From an uncultured Granulosicoccaceae bacterium (GTDB lineage: Bacteria > Pseudomonadota > Gammaproteobacteria > CALCKW01): DNA of 64,000 bases. Position 1 is the first letter of the stretch; each line of letters begins with the position of its first letter. Below, one piece after another: positions 54,299-64,000 of the stretch. A model generated the notes under the pieces. It worked only from the letters and a program-made list of their open reading frames with translations. It did not search any database and was not told the DNA's origin. A program made the translations under genes and the position numbers. The stretch is taken from positions 2,169 to 66,168 of the forward strand of contig CALAMQ010000014.1 of assembly GCA_937925815.1 (NCBI GenBank), written 5' to 3'.

Positions 54299-55825
54299 TC
54301 AAGCACCATGTTGCCGCTGGCGGTCAAGCCCCGTTGCGCAGGCAGCGGCCGCCAAGGCAAACACACTGGCCACTAGCATCACGTCGATAAATGCCGCATC
54401 TAGGGCGTGTTGCATGGTGACCCGGGCTGCGCCCTGCAGTGCGTCCGGCAACGCACTGAGGTCTGACAACGCAAGTGCGTCGGTCGCACCTTGAACGACA
54501 GGTGCGATGCGTGCGCGGTCTGTAGTGCTGCTCACGTGATCAATCAGCGAACTGTCGAGATGGTGTTTGTAGCGCAGCGTGAGCAGCGCACCAAAGAGCG
54601 CCACCGCAATCAAATTGCCAATGCGCGTGACCGCGTGATTGATGCCCGATGCAAGCCCGCTCTCCTCGGTGTCCACGCTGTTCAACACGCCGGTGGTTAA
54701 CGGGGAGACCATGGCGCCGGCTGAAATGCCAAGTGCGGTGATCACCGCCGCACCCGACCAGGGTGTGCGTAGGATCACCAGCAGGCAGGCAGAGGCGGTT
54801 GCTATTGCTATTCCGAGCGCGCCGATGATCAATGGCTTGCGATAGCCCACACGGTCCGCCCAACCGCCAACGGGTCTTGCCATCAGGCTGATACAAATGC
54901 CCAGTGGCAGCATGTTGAGTGCCGCCTGCGACGCGCTCATTTGCAGAGACGCAATCATCACATAGGGCACCAAAAACAACAGTGACGCGAAAGCTGTGAA
55001 CACAAAAAGGCAATAGGCGTTTAGCAGCACGAACTCGCGGTTGGCGAGAAAGTGCGCAGGCAAAATGGGCGCAGTGGCGCGTCGCTCCCACAACGCAAAC
55101 GCGATCAAGCCCAGCACGCCCACGAACCAACCTGGCCAGACGAAGCGTGATGCAGCTGGGTATAGTGACAAGTTGATCGTTGCGAACACCAACGCCGCAA
55201 GCGCTAGCGTCAGCAAGGTGGCGCCGGGCCAGTCGAGCGCTACAGGCTTTCGTTCGCTGCCACGCGGCACCGCAGTCAACGTCAGTGCGAAAGCGATAAT
55301 GCCAAGCGGCAAGTTGATCCAGAAAGCGAACGGCCAGCCGGCGGAGTCTACAAGTACGCCTCCAATCACAGGTCCAGCGGCGGCAGAAGCAGACGCTGCT
55401 GCAGACCAGATGCCAATTGCTCGACCGCGTTTTTCGGGAGGGTAGAGCCGGGCAATTATCGACAGCGACTGCGGCAGCATTAACGCAGCTGCAATCCCCT
55501 GAACGGAGCGTGCTGCAATAAGCCAATTGGCACTTGGGGCGATGGCACAGGCGGCAGACGCGAGCGTAAAGCCCGCAATGCCAAGCAGGAACACCCGGCG
55601 TGGGCCGAAGCGGTCGCCAAGAGCGCCACTGATCACGAGCAGAGCACACAGCGCCAGCAGGTAGCTGTTTGCAATCCATTGCAGAGAGGCGAAAGGTGCA
55701 CCGAGATCGCGTTGAATGCTCGGCAGGGCGATGTGCACGATGGTGCCGTCGATAAACCCCATGCTCGACGCGATGATGGTAGCGCAGAGCGCCAAGCCAC
55801 GTTGCCATCGTGACAGTGCAGGCAT
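54299..55825 (-). CDS. MFS transporter, DHA2 (EmrB/QacA) family, 14 TM
   Basis: 508 aa with the MFS motif GALGDRFGPRRV. Confidence 0.85.
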   Translation of the reverse strand: MPALSRWQRGLALCATIIASSMGFIDGTIVHIALPSIQRDLGAPFASLQWIANSYLLALCALLVISGALGDRFGPRRVFLLGIAGFTLASAACAIAPSANWLIAARSVQGIAAALMLPQSLSIIARLYPPEKRGRAIGIWSAAASASAAAGPVIGGVLVDSAGWPFAFWINLPLGIIAFALTLTAVPRGSERKPVALDWPGATLLTLALAALVFATINLSLYPAASRFVWPGWFVGVLGLIAFALWERRATAPILPAHFLANREFVLLNAYCLFVFTAFASLLFLVPYVMIASLQMSASQAALNMLPLGICISLMARPVGGWADRVGYRKPLIIGALGIAIATASACLLVILRTPWSGAAVITALGISAGAMVSPLTTGVLNSVDTEESGLASGINHAVTRIGNLIAVALFGALLTLRYKHHLDSSLIDHVSSTTDRARIAPVVQGATDALALSDLSALPDALQGAARVTMQHALDAAFIDVMLVASVFALAAAACATGLDRQRQHGA

Positions 55826-55964
55826 GGGAGTAGCGCATCCGAAATGGGCTACCAGTTTGGCACAGGGGGCGACCGGATTGTGAGCGGTAGCAATTCGGTC
55901 AGCCCAAGCGTCCTGATTCTCCCGGCCGCCTAGTTCTGGGCCGGGAGATCAACTTCGCTCGGTG

Positions 55965-56837
55965 TCAGTCTTCGCTTGAAGCGGTCAATATCAGAACCGC
56001 GTTGCCGATTTGCTCAACCACAGCCAGCTCGCGCGACGCTGAGCGCGAGAACTCAAAGAAAGAGCTGCCCATTGCGAGTTGAGTCGCAGCGGGGAAAGCG
56101 AATGAGCCGTCGTCCTGCAGCGTGCAATCAACCGACTGCAAAGAGCCGTCATCGGTGAAACCTTGCACGTTGATGACAACTTCCGCGTCAGCGTTGCTGC
56201 CGGCAACCCATTCAATGGTGCTGCTGGGTGTGATGGAGGAGGTCGGACCTGTCATCACCAGTGGCTCTATGCTCGGCAAGCTGACCGTACCGAAGGATGG
56301 GAACTCGTCGCCGGGTATGCTTGCTGTCAAGTTGCTTGGCAGCGGGCCTGCCAAATCATCAACATCCATCAGGTAGGCTTGCAGGCCAAAGAAGTCTGAG
56401 AGTAGCAACTCGACGTAGCTTGCGCCATTTGCCAAGACGGGTATGACGTCACCCGCGCTCACGGTGTTGATATCAAAGTCGTCGCCGAAATCAAAATCGT
56501 CATCGTCGAAGTCTGGCACGCCGAAATCAATGGTCTCAACAACACACGTGTCTAGTGCCGCTGCGGCGCTGGTTTCGATCATTGAGGCGTTGATTGCCGG
56601 AGTCACTTCGAAGAATGCAGCGCTGATATCAACGCTGTTCAGCGAGACCGATCCGCTCGCGGACAGCGAGCCGAGGTATCGGATGGTGCCACTGATATCT
56701 TCTAATCCGCCGCCAGATGACGCTGTGCCGCCGTCACTGGAAGAGTCGCTCGATGAGCCGCCACCGCATGCTGACACACTTAGAGCCAGCACCGCAGAAA
56801 CTGTTAATCGCCGTGTCATGGCCGTTTCTCCTGTCAA
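55965..56837 (-). CDS. Hypothetical lipoprotein
   Basis: Signal peptide with lipobox LSVSAC, followed by a Gly/Ser-rich linker. The start is probably MTRRLTV. No family recognised. Confidence 0.55.
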   Translation of the reverse strand: MTGETAMTRRLTVSAVLALSVSACGGGSSSDSSSDGGTASSGGGLEDISGTIRYLGSLSASGSVSLNSVDISAAFFEVTPAINASMIETSAAAALDTCVVETIDFGVPDFDDDDFDFGDDFDINTVSAGDVIPVLANGASYVELLLSDFFGLQAYLMDVDDLAGPLPSNLTASIPGDEFPSFGTVSLPSIEPLVMTGPTSSITPSSTIEWVAGSNADAEVVINVQGFTDDGSLQSVDCTLQDDGSFAFPAATQLAMGSSFFEFSRSASRELAVVEQIGNAVLILTASSED

Positions 56838-57044
56838 TAAAAAGTAGTGTTTTTACAATCACAGCCGCTTTGGAGGCGATCTGATGTCTTTATCGTAACT
56901 TGACAATCAAAGCGATAGCAAAGTCAGTTGTGCCAGAGTGCGATATCTCTTCGGTACCTTGGCCTCCGTGTGTCACAGTTGTGACAGCAAGGGCTGTGAT
57001 AGAGTGCAAAGGACCCTACCGTTAAACACGCATCGCGCTTTCCC

Positions 57045-58055
57045 GTGAACCGATTTGACCGCGTCACCGCCATTCTGTTGATTTTGCAAGGGCGGTCGGT
57101 CATCACAGCTGGTGAACTCGCCGAGCGGTTTGCTGTGACCGAGCGGACGATCTACCGCGATATCCGCTCTTTGGAGGCAGCGGGTGTACCCATTGGTGCT
57201 GAACCCGGTGTGGGGTATTTCCTCGAGCGGGGTTACACACTGCCGCCTGTGAGTTTCACCCTTGATGAAGCTTCGGCGCTGTTGCTTGGTGAAAAGTTGC
57301 TCGGTGCCCGCGTGGACAGTGCAACACGCGAGGATTTTCGACACGCACTGAGCAAGGTTCGCGCGGTGGTCAGTCGAACAGACAACGACATGTTGAGTGC
57401 GCTCGATCACGACACGGCGGTCTTGCCACACAGCTCGCTGACCACTGAAAGTGCGCCAGTTGACTCCTTAGACGTCGATCAACACGCCGCAGAGAGCACA
57501 TGGTTGCCAGCTTGCCGACACGCCGTGGTTCACCGTTGTGCGGTGGACATATTGTATCGGTCTGCCGCGGGCCCCAAACCGACCGCCAGGGTCATAGAGC
57601 CTATCGGCATAGTGCACTACGGCGATCACTGGCACCTGATTGCGTGGTGTCGGCTGCGCTGCGACTACCGCGATTTTCGCCTCGATCGCGTGACACGCTT
57701 TTCACTGCAAAAAGAGGTGTTCACGCGCCACAGTCGCCTGACACTTCAGCAGTATTTCAACACGCGATCGCAAGAGCAGAACCTGCTTGATGTGGAACTG
57801 CTGTTCCGGGGCGAGTCTGTGCAATTCATTGGCTGGCAGCGTTACAGTTTTGGCTTGGTCGATGAATCGCCGCGTGAAGACGGGGTGCACATGCGTTTTT
57901 TGACCCACCTGCCTGAGTACATGGCGCGTTGGCTGATGCAGTTTTCAAGCGATGTCGAAGTGCTAAAAGGCGCTGCGGTGCGTGACGAACTTCGCCGGCT
58001 GACCGCCGAGGCCTACGTGCATTGGCACCGACCAGCCAACGAACAGGGCTCCTGA
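57045..58055 (+). CDS. YafY family transcriptional regulator (HTH plus WYL domain)
   Basis: GTG start. MNRFDRVTAILLILQGRSVITAGELAERFAVTERTIYRDIRSLEAAGVPI is the DeoR-type HTH, followed by WYL and WCX-like C-terminal domains. Confidence 0.8.
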   Translation: MNRFDRVTAILLILQGRSVITAGELAERFAVTERTIYRDIRSLEAAGVPIGAEPGVGYFLERGYTLPPVSFTLDEASALLLGEKLLGARVDSATREDFRHALSKVRAVVSRTDNDMLSALDHDTAVLPHSSLTTESAPVDSLDVDQHAAESTWLPACRHAVVHRCAVDILYRSAAGPKPTARVIEPIGIVHYGDHWHLIAWCRLRCDYRDFRLDRVTRFSLQKEVFTRHSRLTLQQYFNTRSQEQNLLDVELLFRGESVQFIGWQRYSFGLVDESPREDGVHMRFLTHLPEYMARWLMQFSSDVEVLKGAAVRDELRRLTAEAYVHWHRPANEQGS

Positions 58056-58123
58056 CAGAGGGTTGTCACCCGACCCTGCGACAGTGATGCCTCGTTACAC
58101 AGGCAAGTCAAAGGAGCATCACA

Positions 58124-58519
58124 ATGCAACGCACCCCCATCAACCCTTGGCCGTGGTCTTTGTCGCTCGGTTACAACCAAGCTGAAGTGATTGAAGCCAC
58201 ACAGCGACATCTGACGCTTGCTGGCCAGACGGCTGTCGACAGCGAAGGTCAACCGCAACATGCAGACGATTTGCGTGCGCAGATGCAGCTGGCGCTAGAC
58301 AACCTCGAAACCGTTTTGACAGCGGCGGGCATGGGACTCAAGAACGTGACCCACCTCAGAATCTACGCCGTTGATGTGGACGAGGCTCTGCAGCATTTTG
58401 ATCTGCTCGGCGCGCGCTTTGGTGCCGCTGGGGTGGCACCACCGATGACGCTGCTGGGTGTGACCCGTCTCGCGTTGCCGGGTCTAGCCTTTGAAATCGA
58501 GGCCACCGCAGCGGATTGA
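58124..58519 (+). CDS. ridA: RidA family protein (YjgF/TdcF-like enamine/imine deaminase)
   Basis: 131 aa, typical RidA length and C-terminal …FEIEATA. Confidence 0.85.
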   Translation: MQRTPINPWPWSLSLGYNQAEVIEATQRHLTLAGQTAVDSEGQPQHADDLRAQMQLALDNLETVLTAAGMGLKNVTHLRIYAVDVDEALQHFDLLGARFGAAGVAPPMTLLGVTRLALPGLAFEIEATAAD

Positions 58520-58540
58520 ATGCGGTGCCTCGGTGGTGCA

Positions 58541-59773
58541 CTACTCGGAGTCTGCCGGTGCGCCTTCGCGGCGCGCTGGCAAACTAAAATGCAAGACCGC
58601 GTAGGCAAGTGCCGCCGACGCCACTGACCCGATCAAAATGCCGATTCGGTCTCCAATGAAATAGCCGCTGCCGCCGTGCGCGAAAGCGAGTCCCGCGATG
58701 AACAGGCTCATGGTGAAGCCAATGCCACAGGCGAGAGAGACACCAAATAACATGGTCCAGCTCACACCCGCCGGGCGCTTGGCGATGCCGACTGCAATCG
58801 CGGCACCGACAAAGCCCATGATGCCAAGTGGTTTGCCGATCACCAGGCCCGCTAGCACTCCCAGTGTCACAGGATGGAGAATATCGTCAGGCGAGAGCCC
58901 GGCAAGTGACAAGCCTGCGTTAGCGAAGGCAAAGATCGGCAGAATGACTAGAGCGACTGGGGCGTGCAGGTCGTGTTCGAGATTCAACAACGGCGATTGG
59001 CCTTTGGCGTCGCGCATCGGCACACACAGCGCAATCAGCACCCCAGCAAGGGTGGCGTGCACACCGCTTTTTAGCACCGCGGCCCAGAGCACAATACCCA
59101 GCAACACATACGCGGACGTGCGGGTTACTCCAAGGCGATTCATAAGCACGGCCAATACCAGTGCCGAGCCACCAATCACCATGGGTGTCAGCGACAGCGC
59201 ATCTGAATAAAAAACAGCGATGATGACAATGGCTGCGAGGTCGTCGAAGATCGCAACCGACAACAAAAACACCTTTAATGTGAGCGGTACGCGCGAACCA
59301 AAGGCGCTGAGCAGCGCAAGCGCAAACGCGATGTCGGTGGCGACGGGAATGGCCCAGCCATCCATGGCAACAGCGTCGTCGCCGTTGAGCGCAATGTAAA
59401 TGGCCGCTGGCACCACCATGCCACCGAGCGCACCCACAGCGGGCAAGATTATTTGCGCGGGGGATGAGAGTTCACCCTCGAGAAATTCACGTTTGACTTC
59501 AAGCCCAATCAAAAAGAAAAACACCGCCATCAGGCCGTCGTTGATCCAGAGCAACAGGGGTTTGTTGATTTCCAGTGCGCCAATTTGCACCGCGACTGGG
59601 GTGTCGATCAACGTGTCGTAGTACCCGACCAATGGCGAGTTGGCGATCACCAGTGCGGCAATGGCGGTGATCAACAAGATCGTTCCGCCTGCGGATTCGA
59701 GCTGAATGAATTGTCGAACGGCGCTGGCGAGGCGGTTGGCCGGGCGGGATGTGGACACGGTGTTTGTCACCAA
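58541..59773 (-). CDS. nhaA: Na+/H+ antiporter NhaA
   Basis: 410 aa with conserved FLLSVAIFDDLAAIVIIAVFYS and other NhaA TM motifs. Confidence 0.9.
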   Translation of the reverse strand: MVTNTVSTSRPANRLASAVRQFIQLESAGGTILLITAIAALVIANSPLVGYYDTLIDTPVAVQIGALEINKPLLLWINDGLMAVFFFLIGLEVKREFLEGELSSPAQIILPAVGALGGMVVPAAIYIALNGDDAVAMDGWAIPVATDIAFALALLSAFGSRVPLTLKVFLLSVAIFDDLAAIVIIAVFYSDALSLTPMVIGGSALVLAVLMNRLGVTRTSAYVLLGIVLWAAVLKSGVHATLAGVLIALCVPMRDAKGQSPLLNLEHDLHAPVALVILPIFAFANAGLSLAGLSPDDILHPVTLGVLAGLVIGKPLGIMGFVGAAIAVGIAKRPAGVSWTMLFGVSLACGIGFTMSLFIAGLAFAHGGSGYFIGDRIGILIGSVASAALAYAVLHFSLPARREGAPADSE

Positions 59774-59953
59774 AGTGTGAGGCTGGTGGCCGCAAAGGCC
59801 AGAGCTGTGGAATCGGAATGCTCAGTAGAAGATCGGCTGTGACGGGCAGAGTTCCGTCTGCCAGACGGGCCTATTGGCCGCTTGAAATCACGTTGCGCTC
59901 TAACCCGCGTCGGGGCTGCACTTGTGTAGCAGGACTCAGGCTATGATTGTTGC

Positions 59954-60340
59954 ATGAAAGCCTGCAACCAGTGTGGCAAGTGCTGCATCAACTACAGCGA
60001 CGGTGGACTGTCAGCCACCGCCGAGGAAATCGCTCATTGGGAAGCGTATCGCCCAGACATTTTTGAATATGTGTCTGAGGCTGGGGACATTTGGGTGGAC
60101 CCCACAACGCAGACGCCGTTGCGCCGCTGCCCATGGCTGCGCCAGGTGCCAGGCCAATCCAAATACACTTGTGACATCTACGCCGAGCGCCCGGGTGATT
60201 GCCGCTACTACCCCGTTGCCATTGAACACATGATTGCAGACGGTTGCGAGATGCTCGAGGCGCATGACCTCAAGCGGCCAAAGCAGGCGCAACGCGAGCT
60301 GGACCGGCTCATGGCGGACAGTCGCCCGCCTCTGGAGTAG
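59954..60340 (+). CDS. YkgJ family cysteine-cluster protein
   Basis: N-terminal CNQCGKCC cluster plus C-terminal Cys residues. Confidence 0.75.
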   Translation: MKACNQCGKCCINYSDGGLSATAEEIAHWEAYRPDIFEYVSEAGDIWVDPTTQTPLRRCPWLRQVPGQSKYTCDIYAERPGDCRYYPVAIEHMIADGCEMLEAHDLKRPKQAQRELDRLMADSRPPLE

Positions 60341-60362
60341 GCGTTGGCGTGACAGATCGCGT

Positions 60363-61142
60363 CTATCGCTCGACGAAAGCTCTCTCGATCACGTAGTCAC
60401 CGGCGACACCGGTCTTTGGACTGATGTTGAAACCGCGCTCATCGAGCAAGGTGCGCATGTCGGCGAGCATTGCAGGGCTGCCGCAAATCATGACGCGGTC
60501 GGTCTTGGGGTTGAGTGCCGGCAAGCCAGTCTCTTCGCTCACCCTACCGTTTTCAATCAAGTGCGTGAGTCTGCCTTGATTGCGGAAGGGCTCGCGCGTG
60601 ACCGCGGGGTAGTACACCAACTGATCGCGTACCCACTCACCGAAGAACTCGTGGTTGGGCAGTGTTTCGGTGAGCCAGCTTGCGTAGGCGAGCTCGCTTT
60701 GGCGACGCACACCGTGCATGAGAACAACTTTATCAAAGCGCTCGTAGGTCTCAGGGTCTTGGATGATGCTCAGGAAAGGTGCAAGCCCGGTCCCTGTTGC
60801 CACCAGGTACAAATTCTTTCCGGGATTGAGGTCAGTCATGACCAAGGTGCCGGTTGGCTTGCTGCCAATCAGGACGTTGTCACCGGGTGACAGGTTTTGC
60901 AGCCGACTGGTCAGCGCACCGTCTGGCACTTTGATGCTGAAGAATTCAAGGTGCTCGTCGTGGTTGGCACTGGCGATGCTGTAGGCGCGCATGATGGGTC
61001 GCGCCTCCTCGGACTCGAGGCCGATCATGATGAACTCACCGTTCCGGAACCGAAGGCGCTGATCGCGTGTTGTACGGAAGCTGAAGAGCGTGTCGTTCCA
61101 GTGGTGGACATCGAGCACTTGCTCAGTTGCGAACTTGGCCAT
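60363..61142 (-). CDS. fpr: Ferredoxin-NADP+ reductase
   Basis: Trimmed to MAKFATEQVLDVHHWNDTLFSF…RAYSIAS…GTGLAPF…, 259 aa, collinear with E. coli Fpr. Confidence 0.88.
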   Translation of the reverse strand: MAKFATEQVLDVHHWNDTLFSFRTTRDQRLRFRNGEFIMIGLESEEARPIMRAYSIASANHDEHLEFFSIKVPDGALTSRLQNLSPGDNVLIGSKPTGTLVMTDLNPGKNLYLVATGTGLAPFLSIIQDPETYERFDKVVLMHGVRRQSELAYASWLTETLPNHEFFGEWVRDQLVYYPAVTREPFRNQGRLTHLIENGRVSEETGLPALNPKTDRVMICGSPAMLADMRTLLDERGFNISPKTGVAGDYVIERAFVER

Positions 61143-61283
61143 AGCCGTGATTTCTCTAATCTCTGTTGGCTGCGGCCTGAGGCCGAGCGTTGGGTTCATG
61201 TTGTTGCTCAGTTGACATGTGCAGGCACCATTTGGGCGTGCAGTCAGTGGGCGGTAGTGTTGAGTCAAATCTGCCAGTTTCAG

Positions 61284-61937
61284 TTAGGCGATACGATGGC
61301 GGGTCGAGCCGTGCAAACCACACTCTCGATCATTGGCGCCCTTGGTTGGATCGAAATAGCTGTGGCCGTTGGGTAGCTCATGCTGGTCAATCCATGCTTG
61401 TATATCGGCATCATCAAATCGAATGAACGGCGCGGCTTTAATCATCCACCGATCTTGATTGAGCACTTTGAGCTCGCGACGGTGCTCAGTCTCGCTGGCG
61501 CGTATGCCGGTGAGCCACAGGTCCGGTTGCAGTTCTGTCAGGGCCTGCTCAAACGGGGCAAGTTTGACGGTGTTAGTAAAGCGAGCGTGGGCTGAATCAG
61601 TGGTGGCTGGCACGCCGCCAAACTGGGAGATCAACCACGCTGTACTGAACGACGGGCTGTAGACCCTTAAATCAGCGTTGTAGCGACGCGTTATGGACTG
61701 GACGAATTGGTAGGTGTCAGCGGTATTGAATCCGTGATCTACCCAGACCACCGGCACGTCGGGGCGCTGTGACAATACACAGTGGATCATGGCCGCGGAT
61801 TGCGGTCCGAAGCTTGTGCTGAGAATCGGGCGCGAGTACCGAGCGAGCAACCATTGGACAATGTCCTCTGGGCTCTGATTTGCGAGCACTGTGTTCGCGC
61901 AGCTGAGGTCGTCGCTCACGGCGTTGCCTTCAGGCAT
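61284..61937 (-). CDS. cysH: Phosphoadenosine phosphosulfate (PAPS) reductase, thioredoxin-dependent type
   Basis: Trimmed to MPEGNAVSDD…ILSTSFGPQSAAMIHCVLSQRPDVPVVWVDHGFNTADTY…KGANDRECGLHG. It has the C-terminal ECGLH motif but lacks the CC…CxxC Fe-S cysteines of APS reductases. Confidence 0.85.
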   Translation of the reverse strand: MPEGNAVSDDLSCANTVLANQSPEDIVQWLLARYSRPILSTSFGPQSAAMIHCVLSQRPDVPVVWVDHGFNTADTYQFVQSITRRYNADLRVYSPSFSTAWLISQFGGVPATTDSAHARFTNTVKLAPFEQALTELQPDLWLTGIRASETEHRRELKVLNQDRWMIKAAPFIRFDDADIQAWIDQHELPNGHSYFDPTKGANDRECGLHGSTRHRIA

Positions 61938-62361
61938 CGGGGCGCAGCTCGGTGAGTGCGGCGTTGAGGTCGTCGACGTCGGCATCGGCCTCGCACTGGT
62001 AGCTGTCGATGCCGACCAGACGCATGAACTCGAGTTGGTCGCGGCGCACGTCACCAACCGCCACCAACTCACCGCGGTAGCCGAGTTCGTGGCGCAGCGT
62101 GCGTGCGTGGCTGTAGCCACGCCCGTCGGTAAAGCTTGGGAAGTCGATCAGAATCGCGTCGCGTTCAAGCGCACTTGCGGGCAATTCAACCGGGTCATCT
62201 TCTGGCTCCACCAGCGCAACCCACGCAGGGTTCGACGGCGGTGGGGTCTCACTTTGCACCAATTGCATCTGTGGCACGGCGATGGGCGCCGTGGCCGGCT
62301 CGTCCGCGCCTTGCAGACGCCAGGGCATGTCGACGATTTCGCCGTTACGCAGCAGCTTCAT
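61930..62361 (-). CDS. DUF934 family protein (associated with sulfite reductase)
   Basis: 143 aa, …DFPSFTDGRGYSHARTLRHELGYRGELVAVGDV…. Lies between cysI and cysH with overlapping ends. Confidence 0.75.
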   Translation of the reverse strand: MKLLRNGEIVDMPWRLQGADEPATAPIAVPQMQLVQSETPPPSNPAWVALVEPEDDPVELPASALERDAILIDFPSFTDGRGYSHARTLRHELGYRGELVAVGDVRRDQLEFMRLVGIDSYQCEADADVDDLNAALTELRPDA

Positions 62362-63997
62362 AGACCCGCTCCTTGAAAGGTGTCACGCCATTGCGCTCGA
62401 CGAAGGCGTTGAAAGATTCATCGGGTTCGCGCTGCTCTGCGAACACCGCGAGAATGTCTTCGACGGTGGCCGCAACGCGGTCTTTGGCAATTGCCGGCCC
62501 GAGCCGTTTACCAATGCGGGCGCCCTCGGTTGAACGGCCGCCGAGTGTGAGCTGGTACCACTCGACACCTTTTTTCTCAACACCGAGTACACCGATGTCG
62601 GCGACATGGTGGTGACCGCAAGCATTCATGCAGCCCGACACACGCACCGTGATGCGCCCGAGATCGTGCAGGTAGTCGATGTTGTCGAAGGTGGCGTTAA
62701 TCTGGTCCCAAATCGCAATTGAGCTCGCGTTTGCAAGAGAGCAGAAGTCCAGACCTGGGCACACGATCATGTCGGTCAAGGTGTTGATGTTGGCGTAGGC
62801 GAGCTTGGCCGGTCCAAGCGCCGTCCAGAGCGCTGGCAGATCAGCTTCGGCGACGTGCGCGAGCACCAGGTTCTGGTCGTGCGTGGCGCGCAACTCGCCT
62901 TGACTGAACTGATCGCTGAGGTCTGCGACAAGCTGCATCTGGGCTGAGGTGATGTCGCCTGCGGGCTGCCCTGGGTGTTTGAGTGAGATAAACACCGAGC
63001 GGTAACCCGGGGATTTGTGCGCTTGCGTGTTCTGTTTGTACCAGCTTGTAAAAGCGTCACCGGTCTCTGCTTGCAAGGCGTCCAGCGGCACCGCGTCACG
63101 CGCCGGCAGTGTCACGGCAAACTGTGCCTTCAGATCAGCGACAGTGGCGTGGTCAGTTGTGGGCACTTGCTGTCGAGTTTGTTGCCACGCGGCGTCAACT
63201 TGTTCTTGAAAAGTGGCCAGACCAAGCGCATTGACGAGAATCTTGATGCGCGCTTTGTACATGTTGTCACGGCGGCCGTGGCGGTTGTACACGCGCAAGA
63301 TGGCTTCGAGGTAGGACAGCAAATCATCGGCTGGCAGTGCGTGAGCGATCTGCTTGCCAATGTGGGGCGTGCGACCGAGACCGCCACCGACGTACACGTC
63401 AAACACGGTGTCGCCTTTGGCGTTGTGCTTAATGCGAAGACCAATGTCATGGACTTCCACTGCCGCGCGGTCGTGGCTCGCGCCCGAGACGGCAATTTTG
63501 AACTTGCGCGGCAGCCAATTGAACTCGGGGTGGAAATTGGCCCACTGGCGGATCAGCTCGCACCACGGGCGCGGGTCTTCGAGCTCGTCGCGGCTGGCAC
63601 CGGCGAGCGGGTCGGTTGTGATGTTACGGATGCAATTGCCGCTGGTTTGGATCGCGTGCATGTCGACATCGGCGAGTGCTTGCATGACGTCTGGGGTGTC
63701 TTCCAGCGGAATCCAGTTGTATTGGATGTTCTGCCGAGTGGTCATGTGCCCAAAGCCGCGGTCCCACTTGGTGGCGATATCCGCCAGGGTGCGCAGCTGG
63801 GTGCTGCTCAATACGCCGTAAGGGATGGCCACGCGCAGCATCGGTGCGTGGCGCTGGACATAGAGCCCGTTGCGCAGGCGGAGTTGCTTGAATTCGTCTT
63901 CGTCGAGCTTGCCGTCGAGGTAACGCGACACTTGGCCACGGAACTGGTCGACACGGCGCTGTAACAGTGCGCGCTCTTCGACTGGGTAGTGGTACAC
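62345..63997 (-). CDS. cysI: Sulfite reductase hemoprotein (NirA/CysI family, siroheme/4Fe-4S)
   Basis: 550 aa. The start MYHYPVEERALLQRRVDQFRGQ matches the Pseudomonas-type CysI N-terminus, and the body has …TRQNIQYNWIPLEDTP…HAIQTSGNCIRNITTD…. Confidence 0.88.
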   Translation of the reverse strand: MYHYPVEERALLQRRVDQFRGQVSRYLDGKLDEDEFKQLRLRNGLYVQRHAPMLRVAIPYGVLSSTQLRTLADIATKWDRGFGHMTTRQNIQYNWIPLEDTPDVMQALADVDMHAIQTSGNCIRNITTDPLAGASRDELEDPRPWCELIRQWANFHPEFNWLPRKFKIAVSGASHDRAAVEVHDIGLRIKHNAKGDTVFDVYVGGGLGRTPHIGKQIAHALPADDLLSYLEAILRVYNRHGRRDNMYKARIKILVNALGLATFQEQVDAAWQQTRQQVPTTDHATVADLKAQFAVTLPARDAVPLDALQAETGDAFTSWYKQNTQAHKSPGYRSVFISLKHPGQPAGDITSAQMQLVADLSDQFSQGELRATHDQNLVLAHVAEADLPALWTALGPAKLAYANINTLTDMIVCPGLDFCSLANASSIAIWDQINATFDNIDYLHDLGRITVRVSGCMNACGHHHVADIGVLGVEKKGVEWYQLTLGGRSTEGARIGKRLGPAIAKDRVAATVEDILAVFAEQREPDESFNAFVERNGVTPFKERVYEAAA

Positions 63998-64000
63998 GAC

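Overview
This 64-kb window is an origin-proximal chromosomal segment from a high-GC gammaproteobacterium. Gene order resembles Pseudomonas: rpmH-rnpA-yidD-yidC-mnmE divergent from dnaA-dnaN-recF-gyrB, then hemCDXY, lptM-lysA-dapF-DUF484-xerC, hslVU, ubiE-ubiJ-ubiB, uvrD, polA, and cysI-DUF934-cysH at the end. About 60 protein-coding genes are supportable. Most are core housekeeping genes, and many six-frame ORFs carry N-terminal extensions that I trimmed by homology to known family N-termini. I found no rRNA, tRNA, CRISPR array, transposase or phage integrase; xerC is the chromosomal dimer-resolution recombinase. The less ordinary parts are: (1) a cluster of DnaA-box-like 9-mers plus an AT-rich tract between dnaA and dnaN, which looks like an oriC or DnaA-trio region; (2) a three-gene accessory insert between xerC and hslV, made of a beta-propeller-like lipoprotein, a lower-GC PAPS-type sulfotransferase, and a 538-aa protein with a possible PilZ-like motif; (3) a TRAP transporter whose DctQ and DctM subunits both carry large extra domains; (4) a frameshifted MATE efflux gene; (5) a sigma-32 promoter on ibpA, a short lipoprotein gene missed by the ORF track, and several intergenic palindromes.
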